Source: a virus
Taxonomy: Duplodnaviria; Caudoviricetes
IMG/VR virus record: IMGVR_UViG_3300040811_001959
Reading direction: 5' to 3' (one strand)
DNA: 64,000 nucleotides
In this document: piece by piece, positions 1 through 12,900 of the stretch
Layout: every line of letters starts with the position of its first letter
Position numbering within the stretch: the stretch's first letter is position 1
The notes under the pieces: model-generated
What the model was told of the DNA's origin: nothing
What the model saw: only the letters and a program-made list of their open reading frames with translations
Databases searched by the model: none
Program-made: the position numbers and the translations under genes

Positions 1-1
1 T

Positions 2-1054
2 TTAACTTTTAAAACCGGAACAACGATACAAGAAATTATAGAAGAAGTAGTTATTTTAAGCGATTATGGTCGCACAATTGCAGATGCAAAGCCGGACGGA
101 TATGGAATGATACCTTGGTTCAGGGTCGATGTAGAAGTTTATAATTTAAAAGATACACCGCAAGAAATTAACACAGGAAAACCTCCAAGGTTGTATGTTT
201 ACAGGGTTGTACCGTATAAAGCCCATATAAGTAGATACCAGTCTAGTTCAGAACCTAGTATTACGGCTGCATTACGAAAGCAATGTGCAAAAGAATATAA
301 TTATATTTTTACAGGTGTAAATGATAATGTACTTGAATTTGATATTAATTTTAATAAAGCATTCTATCTTGCAGCCCAACCGTTTGGCGGAATAGATAAA
401 GGTAGTATAAAAAGTGACGAGGAAGATGCAAGGGCAGGTGTCTCGACACAAAAACACAGACCACCTGTGCCGGGTAATATTGCTACAGATTCTTCGTCAG
501 GAAGTAAATCGACAGAAGAAAGTCCAAAAACACAAACAGGATCAGTAGGCGGAGGGCAACCAGACAAACTTAGCACAGGAGTTGCAAGAGATTTTAACGA
601 TGCTCTTCTTAATAGTCCAGTTGATTTAGTAAACACAACTATGACTATTTGGGGTGATCCTTATTTTATAACTGATAGTGGGTATGGTAATTTCCATGCA
701 ATACCTAGTCAAGAGTTTATAAATGTAAATGAGGACGGAACAATGAATTATCAAGATAGTGAAGTGCATATTATTGTAAATTTTAGAACACCGTTTGATA
801 CAAACGCTGATAATGGATTTATGGATTTCAATGGTGTTGGCTTAGAAGATACTGCTGCATATAGTGGTATATATCAGGTTATATCAGTTGTACATAGTTT
901 TGCCGAAGGAAAATTTACACAAAAGTTAAAAATGATTAGGATAAGAAATCAAGAAGGAGTTGATACAAAACAAAAAGCAGATCCTGAAAAAGGCATAATG
1001 AGAGGATTAGATGAATTTGAACAATCTATAATTAATTCTGGAGGTTATTTGTAA
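2..1054 (+). CDS. Baseplate hub-like protein (gp27/Mu gp44/late control D-like C-terminus), 5'-truncated by window edge
   Basis: Frame is open from base 2 (LTFKTGTTIQEIIEEV...) into the listed ORF at 107, so the true start lies upstream of the window. C-terminal TMTIWGDPYF...SGIYQVISVVHSFAEGKFTQKLKMIR resembles hub protein ends. Directly precedes a gp5-like gene. Confidence 0.6.
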   Translation, partial: LTFKTGTTIQEIIEEVVILSDYGRTIADAKPDGYGMIPWFRVDVEVYNLKDTPQEINTGKPPRLYVYRVVPYKAHISRYQSSSEPSITAALRKQCAKEYNYIFTGVNDNVLEFDINFNKAFYLAAQPFGGIDKGSIKSDEEDARAGVSTQKHRPPVPGNIATDSSSGSKSTEESPKTQTGSVGGGQPDKLSTGVARDFNDALLNSPVDLVNTTMTIWGDPYFITDSGYGNFHAIPSQEFINVNEDGTMNYQDSEVHIIVNFRTPFDTNADNGFMDFNGVGLEDTAAYSGIYQVISVVHSFAEGKFTQKLKMIRIRNQEGVDTKQKADPEKGIMRGLDEFEQSIINSGGYL

Positions 1055-3060
1055 TGGCAAGTCAAGGATCTCGTACCCAATATTCTAGGGGGTCTAAACC
1101 AACCTGGATGACAGGAGTCGGCCCTTATGTAGGTAGGGTTACAAATCATTTAGATACAGAATACATGGGTTCAATCGAAGTTGAAATTTTAAAAACAACA
1201 GAAGCTGGTAGTCCAGGAGAAAGTACTGGATATTATATACCTTGTTCATACGTAAGTCCATTTATGGGTAATACTCCACGAAAAGGAGTTGGAAACAATC
1301 CTGGTTATGATTATACGCAAAAAAGTTATGGTTTTTGGGGAGTTCCTCCTGATTTGAATGTAAAAGTTCTAGTATTAATGGCAGAAAATAACTTTGGATA
1401 TGGTTTTTGGATAGGTTGTTTGCAAGACAAATATATGAATTTTATGATGCCAGGTAATGCATCAACAACTTATAGTAACGACCCAGATGGAAAATATACT
1501 GGTAAGATTGTTCCTGTTGGCGAATACAATAAAGTACTAGAAACAGGAACAGGTAATGATCCTACTCAATACATAAAATCTGTAGATAAAGATAGAGCCG
1601 ATATATTAGAGCATCAGGGTTTAACCAAATGGGATGATAATATTGTAGACCAAACTCGAGGAACGACTACTTCTAGTGCTAGAAGAGAGGTTCCTAGTAT
1701 GGTTTTAGGAATCAGTAGTCCAGGACACCCTGATAGACGTAGTGGTAAACCTAAGGCTAGATATGGAGAAAAGTTTGGCGAAACAAATATTCCTTTTAGT
1801 AGATTAGGTGGCACAAGTTTTGTAATGGATGACGGCGATGAAAAAATTCTAAGGAAAAAACCTGCAAACACTGATCCTCCTGAATATGCTTACGTAGAAA
1901 AAAGAGAAACTGACGGAGATGTTGCTTTACCGCATAATGAACTTACGAGATGGCGCACACGAACTGGTCATCAAATAGTAATGCATAATACAGAAGATTT
2001 AATCTACATAATTAACGCCCAAGGCAATGCATGGATTGAATTAACAAGTAATGGAAAAATTGACATTTACACAGATGATAGTGTTAGTATACATTCTGAA
2101 ACTGATTTTAATTTGAAAGCAAATAGAGATATCAACTTAGAAGCCTCTGGTAATGTCAATATTAAAGCTAGAGAGCAAATGCGTTTAGAATCTGGCAATG
2201 CTACCCATTGGAAAGTTGGTACAGCAGAAGTTAAAAAAGATCCTGCACTGAGACCTGAGTTAGGTATTAAGAACGAAGACGGAACATGGAAATGGAATAG
2301 TTTTGAAGATTTACCAACGGTAGAACAACCAGGTGATAATTTGTATATAGATGTAAGTAGAGATGTATATTGGAAGGTAGGAACTCATCCTAAATTAGGG
2401 GATTTTAAATTAGAAATTTCTCAAGATAGTCATACAACTGTTGATAGAGATTTTTTCTTGTTAGCAAAAAATAATATCCATCAGCATTCAAATAAGGCAA
2501 CGTTCCATCTAGCTGATACAACTTTTGATCAAAAGTCTGGAGATGATTTTAAACAGTTTACATCTAAAAATATGCATATAAAAGCAGGTTTAAATATGCG
2601 AATTTATGCAGATACAACAGCAGTTTTAAAATCAAAAGTTTGTTACATAACAGCAATGAATACTAATCATATAAAAGCAGGTAATATTAATTATGTAACG
2701 GCTGGTGCAAGTAATGAATATAATGCACCTATTAATAATATGAGTAAGCTGCAATATTTTGGAAGCGGATCAGCTAAAGGATCAAATGGTATTACAGCGG
2801 ATACTGCAGAACCTGCAATTGATGCATTGTTACCTGAATGTGCTCATCATACTTTTATACCAATACGTATTCCTATGCACGAACCGTATTACAGCCATGA
2901 AAATTTAGAACCTAAAACATTTTATCCAGATAAAACAGATAGTACAATATCAATTGACGATGCGTGTGAATTTGCAATAAAATACGAACAAGAAGAAATA
3001 AAGACTCCTCTAATATTTAACGGAGGAGCTCAAGACGATACATTTAAGAAAGGTAAATGA
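1054..3060 (+). CDS. Baseplate central spike, gp5/VgrG-like (OB-fold plus beta-helix)
   Basis: N-terminal GPYVGRVTNHLDTEYMGSIEVEI...GFWGVPPDLNVKVLV (gp5 OB-fold pattern). RTRTGHQIVMHNTEDLIYIINAQGNAWIELTSNGKIDIY...DINLEASGNVNIKA beta-helix repeats. Lies between hub and gp25-like genes. Confidence 0.8.
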   Translation: MASQGSRTQYSRGSKPTWMTGVGPYVGRVTNHLDTEYMGSIEVEILKTTEAGSPGESTGYYIPCSYVSPFMGNTPRKGVGNNPGYDYTQKSYGFWGVPPDLNVKVLVLMAENNFGYGFWIGCLQDKYMNFMMPGNASTTYSNDPDGKYTGKIVPVGEYNKVLETGTGNDPTQYIKSVDKDRADILEHQGLTKWDDNIVDQTRGTTTSSARREVPSMVLGISSPGHPDRRSGKPKARYGEKFGETNIPFSRLGGTSFVMDDGDEKILRKKPANTDPPEYAYVEKRETDGDVALPHNELTRWRTRTGHQIVMHNTEDLIYIINAQGNAWIELTSNGKIDIYTDDSVSIHSETDFNLKANRDINLEASGNVNIKAREQMRLESGNATHWKVGTAEVKKDPALRPELGIKNEDGTWKWNSFEDLPTVEQPGDNLYIDVSRDVYWKVGTHPKLGDFKLEISQDSHTTVDRDFFLLAKNNIHQHSNKATFHLADTTFDQKSGDDFKQFTSKNMHIKAGLNMRIYADTTAVLKSKVCYITAMNTNHIKAGNINYVTAGASNEYNAPINNMSKLQYFGSGSAKGSNGITADTAEPAIDALLPECAHHTFIPIRIPMHEPYYSHENLEPKTFYPDKTDSTISIDDACEFAIKYEQEEIKTPLIFNGGAQDDTFKKGK

Positions 3061-3503
3061 TGAATCTTACAAATCTTTATAAAGATATTACAATAAAAAA
3101 TGCTAACAAAACGCAAAGATTTAAACCAGGATCAAAAACTTATCGTGGTATAAGCACCATCAATAGTGCTACAAATTCACAATTATACGATCTTGCATTA
3201 ATTAAGCAAGATATTATAAATCATTTTCATATTAGACAAGGAGAAAAGTTATCTGATCCTACATTTGGTACAATTTTATGGGATATTTTGTTTGAACCTT
3301 TAACTCCACAATTAAGAAATTTAATAATTGATAATGTAAACAGAATAATTAGAAGTGACCCAAGGGTTAAAATGGCAAGTGTAATTGTAGATGAATATGA
3401 AAGTGGAATACAAGTTGAGTGTGATTTGATTTACCTTCCTTATAATATACAGGACAAAATGAGATTAGCATTTGATCGCAGAGCTGGATTTTTATCATCG
3501 TAA
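3057..3503 (+). CDS. Baseplate wedge subunit, gp25-like
   Basis: LIKQDIINHFHIRQGEKLSDPTFGTILWDILFEP...IIRSDPRV matches the GPW/gp25 signature; 148 aa; canonical position after the spike. Confidence 0.88.
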   Translation: MMNLTNLYKDITIKNANKTQRFKPGSKTYRGISTINSATNSQLYDLALIKQDIINHFHIRQGEKLSDPTFGTILWDILFEPLTPQLRNLIIDNVNRIIRSDPRVKMASVIVDEYESGIQVECDLIYLPYNIQDKMRLAFDRRAGFLSS

Positions 3504-3522
3504 AATGCGTATTTAATTTGCA

Positions 3523-3530
3523 AATAAATA
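3523..3530 (+). promoter_or_regulatory. T4-late-promoter-like motif (AATAAATA), with AAGGA ribosome-binding site downstream, before the gp6-like gene
   Basis: caAATAAATAcataaAAGGAtttaatATG in a 43-nt intergenic gap; 7/8 match to T4 late consensus TATAAATA. The AT-rich background weakens this. Confidence 0.45.
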
Positions 3531-3546
3531 CATAAAAGGATTTAAT

Positions 3547-6500
3547 ATGGCATCAACTGATAGACAAAATAGATTATTAGTAGCCGAAGACTGGAAAAGA
3601 ATATACCAAAGTTATACAAGTGCAGAATTTCAAAGTTATGATTTTGACAGTCTTCGCAGGGTAATGATAAATTATCTAAGAGAAAAGTATCCTGAAGATT
3701 TTAATGATTATATTGAAAGTTCAGAATATATAGCGTTAATTGACTTAATTGCATTCTTAGGACAAAATTTATCTTTTAGGATTGATTTAAATGCTAGAGA
3801 AAACTTTTTAGAGTTAGCCGAGCGTAGAGAAAGTGTATTACGATTAGCAAGATTACTAAGTTATAGTCCTAAAAGAAATATTTGTGCAAATGGATTATTG
3901 AAAATAACTAGTGTAAGAACAACAGAAAGCATTATTGATTCTAACAATCTAAATTTAGAAGGGCAAAATATTATATGGAATGACCCTAGTAATAATAACT
4001 GGTATGAGCAGTACATTAGAGTGTTAAATGCTGCATTTGATGTCAATAATAAATTTGGACAACCGTATAAAAGTGATACAATTAATAATTTATTAACAGA
4101 AAGATATAGAGTAAATTCATCGCAAACAGGATTACCTATTTTTAATTTTGCAAAATCTATCGATGGTCAGACAGTCAGATTTGAAATAGTTCCTGTTGAT
4201 TTTTCAAACGATATTATTGAAAAAGCACCTTTACCAGGAGATAAATTTAGCCTTTTATACAGAGAAGATGGTATAGGACCTGCTAGTATTAATACTGGAT
4301 TTTTCGTTATGTTTAAACAAGGTACTTTAGATCAAGGAAATTTTACAGTAGAAAGTCCAAATGCTAATCAAATTGTAACTATAGATTCCATTAATATAAA
4401 CAATGACGATGTATGGTTATATTCACTAAATGCAGATACTTCAATAAATGAATTATGGACAAAAGTTGATGCAATTGAAGGAAACAATATAATTTATAAT
4501 GATGTCGGAAAAGATATAAGGAATATTTATTCTGTATTAACCAGGGTTAATGACAGGATTAGTTTAATTTTTTCAGATGGAACTTTTGGTGCGCTTCCTC
4601 AAGGTAATTTTAGAGTTTATTATCGCACAAGTAGAAATTCAAATTTAGTAATAAATCCGAGAGATATGTTAGGCATTGGTATTTCAATTGATTATACAAG
4701 TGCGAGCCAAAAAATTGAAACTTTAAATTTAGTTTTAGAATTACAGTATACAGTTGATAATGCGTCTATAGCAGAGTCTAATGATTCAATAAAGCAAAGA
4801 GCGCCTATGAGTTATTATACACAAAATCGGTTAATTACAGCAGAAGATTATCAGATTGGACCATTATTAGCAAGTACAAAAATTGTAAAAACTAAAAGTA
4901 TTAACAGGTTATCATCTGGCATTTCACGATATATTGATTTGAAAGATGCAACAGGAAAATATAGTAAAACAAATTTATTTGCTACAGACGGAATTTTATA
5001 TAAAGAAATTTTTACAAAAAAATTTAATTTTACTTTTGAAACAGATTTAGATATTGAAAAAGTTTTACTAAATCAAGTCAATCCTTTGTTAAATGCAACA
5101 CAAACGAAAAATTATTATTTTCATGTAGTTGCTGCTATTCCATATGTAGATCAAGGGTTGACTTGGGTAGATGTTTATAATGATGTAAATTACTTTACAG
5201 GGTATTTACAAAATAGCAACAATATTAGACAAGTTTTAGGAACTTTTACCCAGTCTATTTTAAAATTTATTAGGCCTAATAGTTTGTTAAAATTTGTACC
5301 GCCTAACGGTATGCATTTTGATCCAGATGGAAATTTAAAGATTGGTCAAGCAGATTATAAAAATTCAACAAACTATAAATGGGTTAAATGTATAAAATTT
5401 GAAAATGACGGTACTAACGAGCTAGATAATGGCGATGGTCCAGTTTTATTAAATGATTTTATTCCTACTGGTGCAATATTAGCAGAAATTAGACCTTTTG
5501 TATCTCAAATACTTACTGATGATGTAAAAAAAGAAGTAGTGTCATTAATCTTAGCTTATCAAACATTTGGTTTACGATTTGATAGAGGCACTGCTAAATG
5601 GCAAATTATTAAAGAAGAAAATTTAAATGTTGTAGATAACTATAATGAAGGAAAAGCAGGCGACATAACTGGCCAGAAATTAGATTCAACATGGATAATA
5701 AAATTTACAACATCGAGAGAGATATATGATGTTGAGCACAGAGCTGCTAGGTACATATTTGAAAGCGAAAACGAAGTAAATTTTTATTTTGACGAGTCGG
5801 ATAAAATTTATGATAACAGAACTGGAAAAATTATCAAAGATAAAATCTCAGTTCTGTCAATTAATACTTTGCCTTTTTATAATGATCAACAGGGAACAGA
5901 AAATTTTACACAAGATTTCAATTGGCAAATTATGGAATCCTATAGAGATGAATTAGGATATGTAACGAGTGATAAAGTTGCAGTTGAGTTTTTTGACAGT
6001 GACGATGACGGAATATCAGATGATGAAAGTATGTTTGAGGAGATTGTAAATCCTAGTTATAACAATGGATTAAATTCTTTTGTATTTCAAGAAAAATATC
6101 TTTCGGTAAATGGAGTAGAGAGATATAAGCATTTTCCTAATAATAATAATGAAATCATAGTTTTACAAACAAAAAATAATGTAGGACCGCTAAGTCAATA
6201 TGATAATAATCAAATATTTTATTACATTGATACAAATATTTTTCAAAAATTTAATAAAAATCTAAATTTACTTGATACAATAGTTGATTATAAAGCATTT
6301 TTAGGTAGAAATAATTTAAAGTTTCAATATGAACACGCAGCTGATCAATCTGCACGTATCGATCCAAGTCAAACAAACATTGTTGATGTTTACGTGTTAA
6401 CTTCAGATTATGATACTCAATTTAGAAAATATTTGAATAATACTATTACAACAAAACCGTTACCATTATCAAGTGACCAACTTTATGTAAGTTATGGTAC

Positions 6501-6978
6501 CCAATTAAATTCTATTAAATCAATTACAGATGAACTAATATATCATCCTGCCAAATATAGAATAATTTTTGGAAGTAAAGCAGACGAGACATTGCAGGTA
6601 ATATTTAAAGTAATAAAAAATACTGAATTAGTGTTAAATGATAATGAAGTAAAGTCTAGAATAGTAACTTATATAAATCAATTCTTTTCTTTAACAAATT
6701 GGGATTTTGGAGAAACATTTTATTTTTCCGAATTATCAGCTTACATAATTAAAGAAATGGCTCCGGATATTACAACATTATTAATAGTTCCAGTTCAAAT
6801 TGAACAAGTATATGGAAGTCTTTATCAAATAAAATGCGAAGATGACGAATTGTTAATTAGTGGAGCAACAGTAAGCGATATAGAAATTATTGATGAAATT
6901 AGTGCAGATAAAATTAAAGCAACTGGAGCAGTTGTTGTTAGTTCTTATTCAGCAAACACAGGAATACAGTCTTCATAA
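3547..6978 (+). CDS. Baseplate wedge protein, gp6/baseplate-J-like
   Basis: FQSYDFDSLRRVMINYL...DFNDYIESSEYIALIDLIAFLGQNLSFRIDLNARENFLELAERRESVLRLARLLSYSPKR and ESNDSIKQRAPMSYYTQNRLITAEDY are gp6/J-like motifs. C-terminal FSLTNWDFGETFYFSEL. Confidence 0.85.
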   Translation: MASTDRQNRLLVAEDWKRIYQSYTSAEFQSYDFDSLRRVMINYLREKYPEDFNDYIESSEYIALIDLIAFLGQNLSFRIDLNARENFLELAERRESVLRLARLLSYSPKRNICANGLLKITSVRTTESIIDSNNLNLEGQNIIWNDPSNNNWYEQYIRVLNAAFDVNNKFGQPYKSDTINNLLTERYRVNSSQTGLPIFNFAKSIDGQTVRFEIVPVDFSNDIIEKAPLPGDKFSLLYREDGIGPASINTGFFVMFKQGTLDQGNFTVESPNANQIVTIDSININNDDVWLYSLNADTSINELWTKVDAIEGNNIIYNDVGKDIRNIYSVLTRVNDRISLIFSDGTFGALPQGNFRVYYRTSRNSNLVINPRDMLGIGISIDYTSASQKIETLNLVLELQYTVDNASIAESNDSIKQRAPMSYYTQNRLITAEDYQIGPLLASTKIVKTKSINRLSSGISRYIDLKDATGKYSKTNLFATDGILYKEIFTKKFNFTFETDLDIEKVLLNQVNPLLNATQTKNYYFHVVAAIPYVDQGLTWVDVYNDVNYFTGYLQNSNNIRQVLGTFTQSILKFIRPNSLLKFVPPNGMHFDPDGNLKIGQADYKNSTNYKWVKCIKFENDGTNELDNGDGPVLLNDFIPTGAILAEIRPFVSQILTDDVKKEVVSLILAYQTFGLRFDRGTAKWQIIKEENLNVVDNYNEGKAGDITGQKLDSTWIIKFTTSREIYDVEHRAARYIFESENEVNFYFDESDKIYDNRTGKIIKDKISVLSINTLPFYNDQQGTENFTQDFNWQIMESYRDELGYVTSDKVAVEFFDSDDDGISDDESMFEEIVNPSYNNGLNSFVFQEKYLSVNGVERYKHFPNNNNEIIVLQTKNNVGPLSQYDNNQIFYYIDTNIFQKFNKNLNLLDTIVDYKAFLGRNNLKFQYEHAADQSARIDPSQTNIVDVYVLTSDYDTQFRKYLNNTITTKPLPLSSDQLYVSYGTQLNSIKSITDELIYHPAKYRIIFGSKADETLQVIFKVIKNTELVLNDNEVKSRIVTYINQFFSLTNWDFGETFYFSELSAYIIKEMAPDITTLLIVPVQIEQVYGSLYQIKCEDDELLISGATVSDIEIIDEISADKIKATGAVVVSSYSANTGIQSS

Positions 6979-6990
6979 TAAGGATAGTTA

Positions 6991-9900
6991 ATGGCGTATA
7001 AAGATAATCAAACAGATCCAGCATTACCGGCAGATAATTTACCTAGACGAGAAACAGTAAATCATTTACCTAAATATTTTAGGACAGATTTTAATAAAAA
7101 ATTTTTAAATGCTACATTAGATCAAATGGTTCAACCTGGTGTTGTTGAAAAAATAAACGGTTTTTATGGTAAAAAAAATGCAAAAGCTTTTGATGCAAAT
7201 GACAATTATATAAATGATATAACACCAGATAGACAAAATTATCAGTTAGAACCAATTACTATATCTAAAGATAATTTAAACAATATTAATTTTTTTGCAG
7301 ATTATAATGATTATATTAATTTCATTAAAATTAGACATGGAAATTTAGATCATAGTGTTCTTAACAGTCAAGAATATTATTCATGGAATCCCCATATCAA
7401 TTGGGATAAATTCATAAATTTTAGAGAATATTATTGGTTACCAAACGGACCAGAAACAATTACTATTTCTGGTCAATCAAAAGAAGTAGTAAGTGAATAT
7501 ACTGTAAGTTTGCGCGATAATGATGATAATTTTACATATATTTTTACTCCAGATGGATTGACAAATAATCCTAGTCTTACTTTATATAGAGGACAAACTT
7601 ATAGGTTTGATGTAAATACGCCAAATTATCCTATCGCATTTGTTTCAAGAATAACATTTACACCAGGAGAAGAAATTGATGCTGAATATAATTCATCTTT
7701 AATTTATACTAATGGTATTAAAAAAATAGACAGAGATGGCTTAGAAATTACAGCTGATTTTGTTGACGATGGCATAATAGAGTTTGTTGTTCCTGAAGTA
7801 GCACCTGATAATCTTTTTTATATTTCTAAAGATGATCCAAATTTGTCTGGTATTATAAAAATATTTGATGTTGTAGAAAATACTGAAATAAATGTAGATA
7901 AAGAAATTTTAGGAAAAAAGTCATATTTAACAAGCGGTGGCTTTCATTTATCAAATGGAATGAAGATAGAATTTGCAGGAAATGTTTTTCCAGAAGAATT
8001 TAGTACTGGAGAATATTATGTAGAAGGTGTCGGAGAGAAAATTGAGCTTATAGACACAAATAGATTAAAATTGTCTAGTTTATTTGTAGATGATTTAGAA
8101 ATACCGTTTGATGATAACGGGTTTGATCAATATCCATACAGTGAAGCTTTAGGATATGCTGTAAGTAAAGATTATATAACAATTAATAGAAGTTCAATAG
8201 ATGGAAATTTGTGGAGCAAGTACAACCGATGGTTTCATATTGACGTTATAGAACAATCATTAAAAATTAATAATCAAGCAATTGAAATAAATCAAAATTT
8301 AAGGGCAAAAAGACCAATAATTGAATTTGAAAAAAACTTAAAATTGTTTGAGTTTGGAACAGTTGCAAAAAATGATGTTTGGTTAGTAGATGACGTAACA
8401 ACAGATGTTTTTTCTACAATAGAAGGAAGTATTGGTTATAATATTGACGGAGTTGATTTAACTGAAGGTATTAGGATTCTTTTTTTAGCTGACAATGATA
8501 TTTTAGTTAAAGGCAAAATTTTTAAAGTAAAATTTATTACAGTTAACAATAATACTCAAATTACACTTATTGAAGAACCTGATACTAATCCAATTGAAAA
8601 TGAGAATGTATTAGTAAGAGAAGGAAAAACATATAAAAGTAAATCATTGTATTATGACGGAAATGAGTGGAAGATTTGTCAACAAAAAAATAATGTTAAT
8701 CAAGCTCCACTATTTGATATGTATGATTACAATGGAGTGGCATTTACTGATTCAAATGTGTATCCGTTTTCACAATTTAGTGGAAATAAAATTTTTAGTT
8801 ATAAAGAAAGCTCTAATACAATTGACGTTGAATTAGGGTTTGGGTTATCCTATAGAAATATTGTTAATAGTGGCGATATAATATTTGAATTCAATTTATT
8901 ACAAGATAGTTTTCCATTTACAAATAATAATAATCTAGTTACTGAAGTAAAAACTGATATTGGATTTTTAAGAAAATACAGTAGTTTAACTGATTATGTG
9001 TCTGTGAATGGGTGGTCAACTGCTAGTACTAAAACACAACAAGTTGTAATTAGACAATATGTAGTAGAAGATGTAACAAATTTATTTGAAATAGATGTGT
9101 ATGATAATTATATTGATGATAAAGAATTATGGTTACGAGTTTATGTTAATGGAAATATAAAAGAGCTTGATAAAGATTATTTTTTAGAAAGAAATGTAAA
9201 TGATGATCTGTTTATTAATTTTGTTATACCTATAAAATTAAAAGATAATATTATTATAAAAACAAAATATAAAAGTATAAAAAATGATAACGGATATTAT
9301 GAATTACCTTATAGTTTAGAAAGAAATCCTTTAAATGAAAACGTTACAGATTTTACTCTTGGCGAAGTTATAGATCACGGTTCTACTATTGTAGAAGAAA
9401 GTACATCATTTAGAGGAAAATTTCCTGGAAAAAGTAATTTACGAGATTTAGGTAATTTATCTATTTATGGCAGGAAATTTTTAAAACATACCTGTCCATT
9501 AAATTTGTCAATCTATCATTTATTAGATAAAGATGTAAACGTGTTAGCCGCTATTGATAATGCAAACGATTTATACGGAAAATTTAAAAGACAATTTGTA
9601 GAAATAGCTAATGATTTAGGTTACAATGGACCAATTAAAGAGCATGTTGATTTAATATTAGATGAATATACAAAAGGAAAAAACAATAAAGATCCTTATT
9701 TTTTCAGTGATATGGCTGCCAGTAAAGGGGTAATTGTTTACAAAGAAATAATAGTTGATACTGATCAAAGGTATTTTCAATTGTCTAAAATACATAATAA
9801 CAATATGTTGGGTAATAAAGCAGTCAGCGTTTATAGAAATGGTAAACAATTGATCTATGGTCAGGATTATACTTTTAACACTGAAGGATTTGTTGATTTT

Positions 9901-12900
9901 TTTGGATTTAAAAAAGTTGACGATATTATAGAAATATGTGAGTATGACAATACCAATGGATCATATATACCACCTACTCCTACGAAATTAGGTTTGTATC
10001 CTAAATATATTCCAGAAATTTTTATAGATAATACAAATAATAGTTTTATTACTGAAGAAAATAAAGGACCATATAAATTTTATGGACTGCAAAAAAATGA
10101 GCCAAATGACGAAGATATATTAGGATGGTTTTATCCTCTATATTTAGATTATGATTTAGCTTGTATTTCTGATGAAAACAATGAATGTGTTATTATAACT
10201 TTTGCTGGGTTAAATCGTGTTTTTTATATGCCTAAATCTGATCAAAATAAAGGAGCACAAGATTCTATCTATTTTGACGAATGGAACGAAGGAAATGTCT
10301 ACATACAAGGTCATGACGGTAGTTTAGTTTATGCATATAAAGATTTTCGAGATGAATTAATTTTAGAAATAGAAAAAAGAATTTATAACAATATTAAAAT
10401 AAATTATGATACAAATTTGTTTGATATAAATGAAATAATTCCTGGTCGTTATAGAAATACTAATATAACAAGAAGCAGCTTAAATGATCCATTAATTAGT
10501 GACTTTATAAAATGGACAAGATTTATAAATGTTGAATATGCTATGCATCAGTATTTTGATGTTAATAATAGTTTTACTTACAATTATAACGGAAGCAAGT
10601 TAGATAATTACGAAGTGTCTCCTGGGTGGTGGAGACAAATTTATACATACCTTTTTGATACTGATAGACCACACACGCATCCATGGGAAATGCTAGGATT
10701 TAGTATTAAACCAATATGGTGGGATGATCAATATGGAAGTTACCCATATACCTCAGACAATTTATTAATGTGGTCAGATATAGAAAAAGGCATAATTAGA
10801 CAGCCTAATTTTTTTATCAATAAAAAATATACAAGACCAGGCTTAACAAAAATTATTCCTGTTGATAACAAAGGAAATTTAGTAAGTCCTTCTAAATCTG
10901 GTGTAATTAAATATTATGATAAAAAATTAGTTAAAAAATCTTTTGTATTTGGTGACGGGTCTCCTGTTGAAACAGTTTGGAGAAGATCGAGTAATTATAG
11001 ATTTAGTTTGATAAAAAGTTTGATACTTTGTAAGCCTAGTTATGTATTTGGAACAGGGTTCGATAGGGCTAATCAAGTTAGGAATGATTCAGAGCAGATT
11101 ATTTATTTGCCTACACAAAACCATTTTAGGTTACAAGATTTAGTTTTTCCATATGTAGAAAATGAAAATTTTTACACAAGTGGTCTTATTAATTATATTG
11201 CAGAAAATCAAAATACTTTATTTTTTAATAATTATGAAAATTATAGAAACATTTTAGTATCTCTAAATAATCAAATTTCATTTAAAGTTGGAGGATTTAC
11301 CGATAAAGATAAATTTAAATTAATTTTAGATAGTAGAACACCTTTAAATGAAGGAAATGTTTTTATTCCATTAGAAAATTATGATATTTTGTTCTTAAAA
11401 AGTTATCCTATAGATGAATATGTATATAGTGGTGTTGTAATTGAAAAACAAGCCGAAGGATGGTATATTAGCGGTTATGACACAGCTTATTCTAAATTTA
11501 AATACATTCCGATAATACCGAGAGATGCTGATACAACAATAAATGTAGGAGGTATAAGCAAGTCATATGTTACATGGGAAGCTGGTAAAACATATGCAAT
11601 TGACGCTATAGTAAAAGTTGGTGATGATAGTTTTTATAGATGTAAAATTACGCATGTAAGTGGTGATAATTTTGATAATTCTAAATTTGTAACTTTGCCT
11701 AGATTACCTATTGTTGGTGGAGTTGATGCAAAAACTAGGAGATATTTTTCACAAAATGTCGAAGAATTATCTTACGGAACGTTATTATATGATATACAAG
11801 AGGTTGTTGATTTTTTGTATGGTTATGGTCATTATTTAAAAACAGTTGGATTTACATTTGATAGATTTGTAGAAAGCCAGTTAGAAGTTGCAGATTGGAG
11901 CTATGCAGTAAAACAATTTTTATTTTGGACAACTCAAAATTGGGGTGCAGGTTCTTTAATTACAGTGAGTCCAGGTGCAGATAGATTAAATTTTTCTACA
12001 AATTATGGAAGTGTTGGTAATGTAATAGATACTTCCCAAGGTTATTCTATATATAAAGCTGATGGAACAGTGATTAAAACGTCAGAGGTAAACTTTAATA
12101 GAGATAATGATAATAATTTTAGTGTAACAACTACAGGTAATGATGGTATTTATTTTATTAGAATACCCACTAATTATGCAGAGCATGTAGTTATTATAGA
12201 TGATAGAACAGAATTTAATGATATAATATATGAAAAAAATTCAGGATATAGGCAAGAAAGAATTAAGGTAATAGGTTATAGAACAAATGCATGGAAAGGA
12301 TCACTAGATATTCCAGGTTTCTTTTATGATGACGCAAAAGTTAAAGAATGGCAACAATATGTAGCATATAATGTAGGAGATATTGTAAAATATAAAGAAT
12401 TTTATTTTGTAGCTAAAAATAAAATTGATGCAGTTGAGAATTTTGATTTTACGGATTGGAAAAAACTTGATACCTTAAAAGAAGCTGGATTGTACACTAA
12501 TTTTGATTATAGGATAGAACAGTTTAAAGATTTTTATGATTTAGATAGTGATAATTTAGATGTAGAACAACAAAAAATGGCTCAACATTTAATTGGTTAT
12601 CAAAAAAGGAATTATTTACAGAATATTATTAATAATGATGTAAGCCAATTTAAATTTTATCAAGGGTTTATACAAGATAAAGGTTCTAAAAATTCGCTTA
12701 CAAAGCTATTTGATGTTTTAGCAAGTGCAGATAAAGATAGTTTAGAATTTTATGAAGAATGGGCAATTAGGCAAGGAGTTTACGGTGCTGTAGATAATTT
12801 TTATGAATTTGATTTTAAATTAAATGAATCAAAATTTAGATTAACTCCTCAACCTGTTGAAATAAATGTTAACAATAAAGATAATATAGATTTAATTTAT

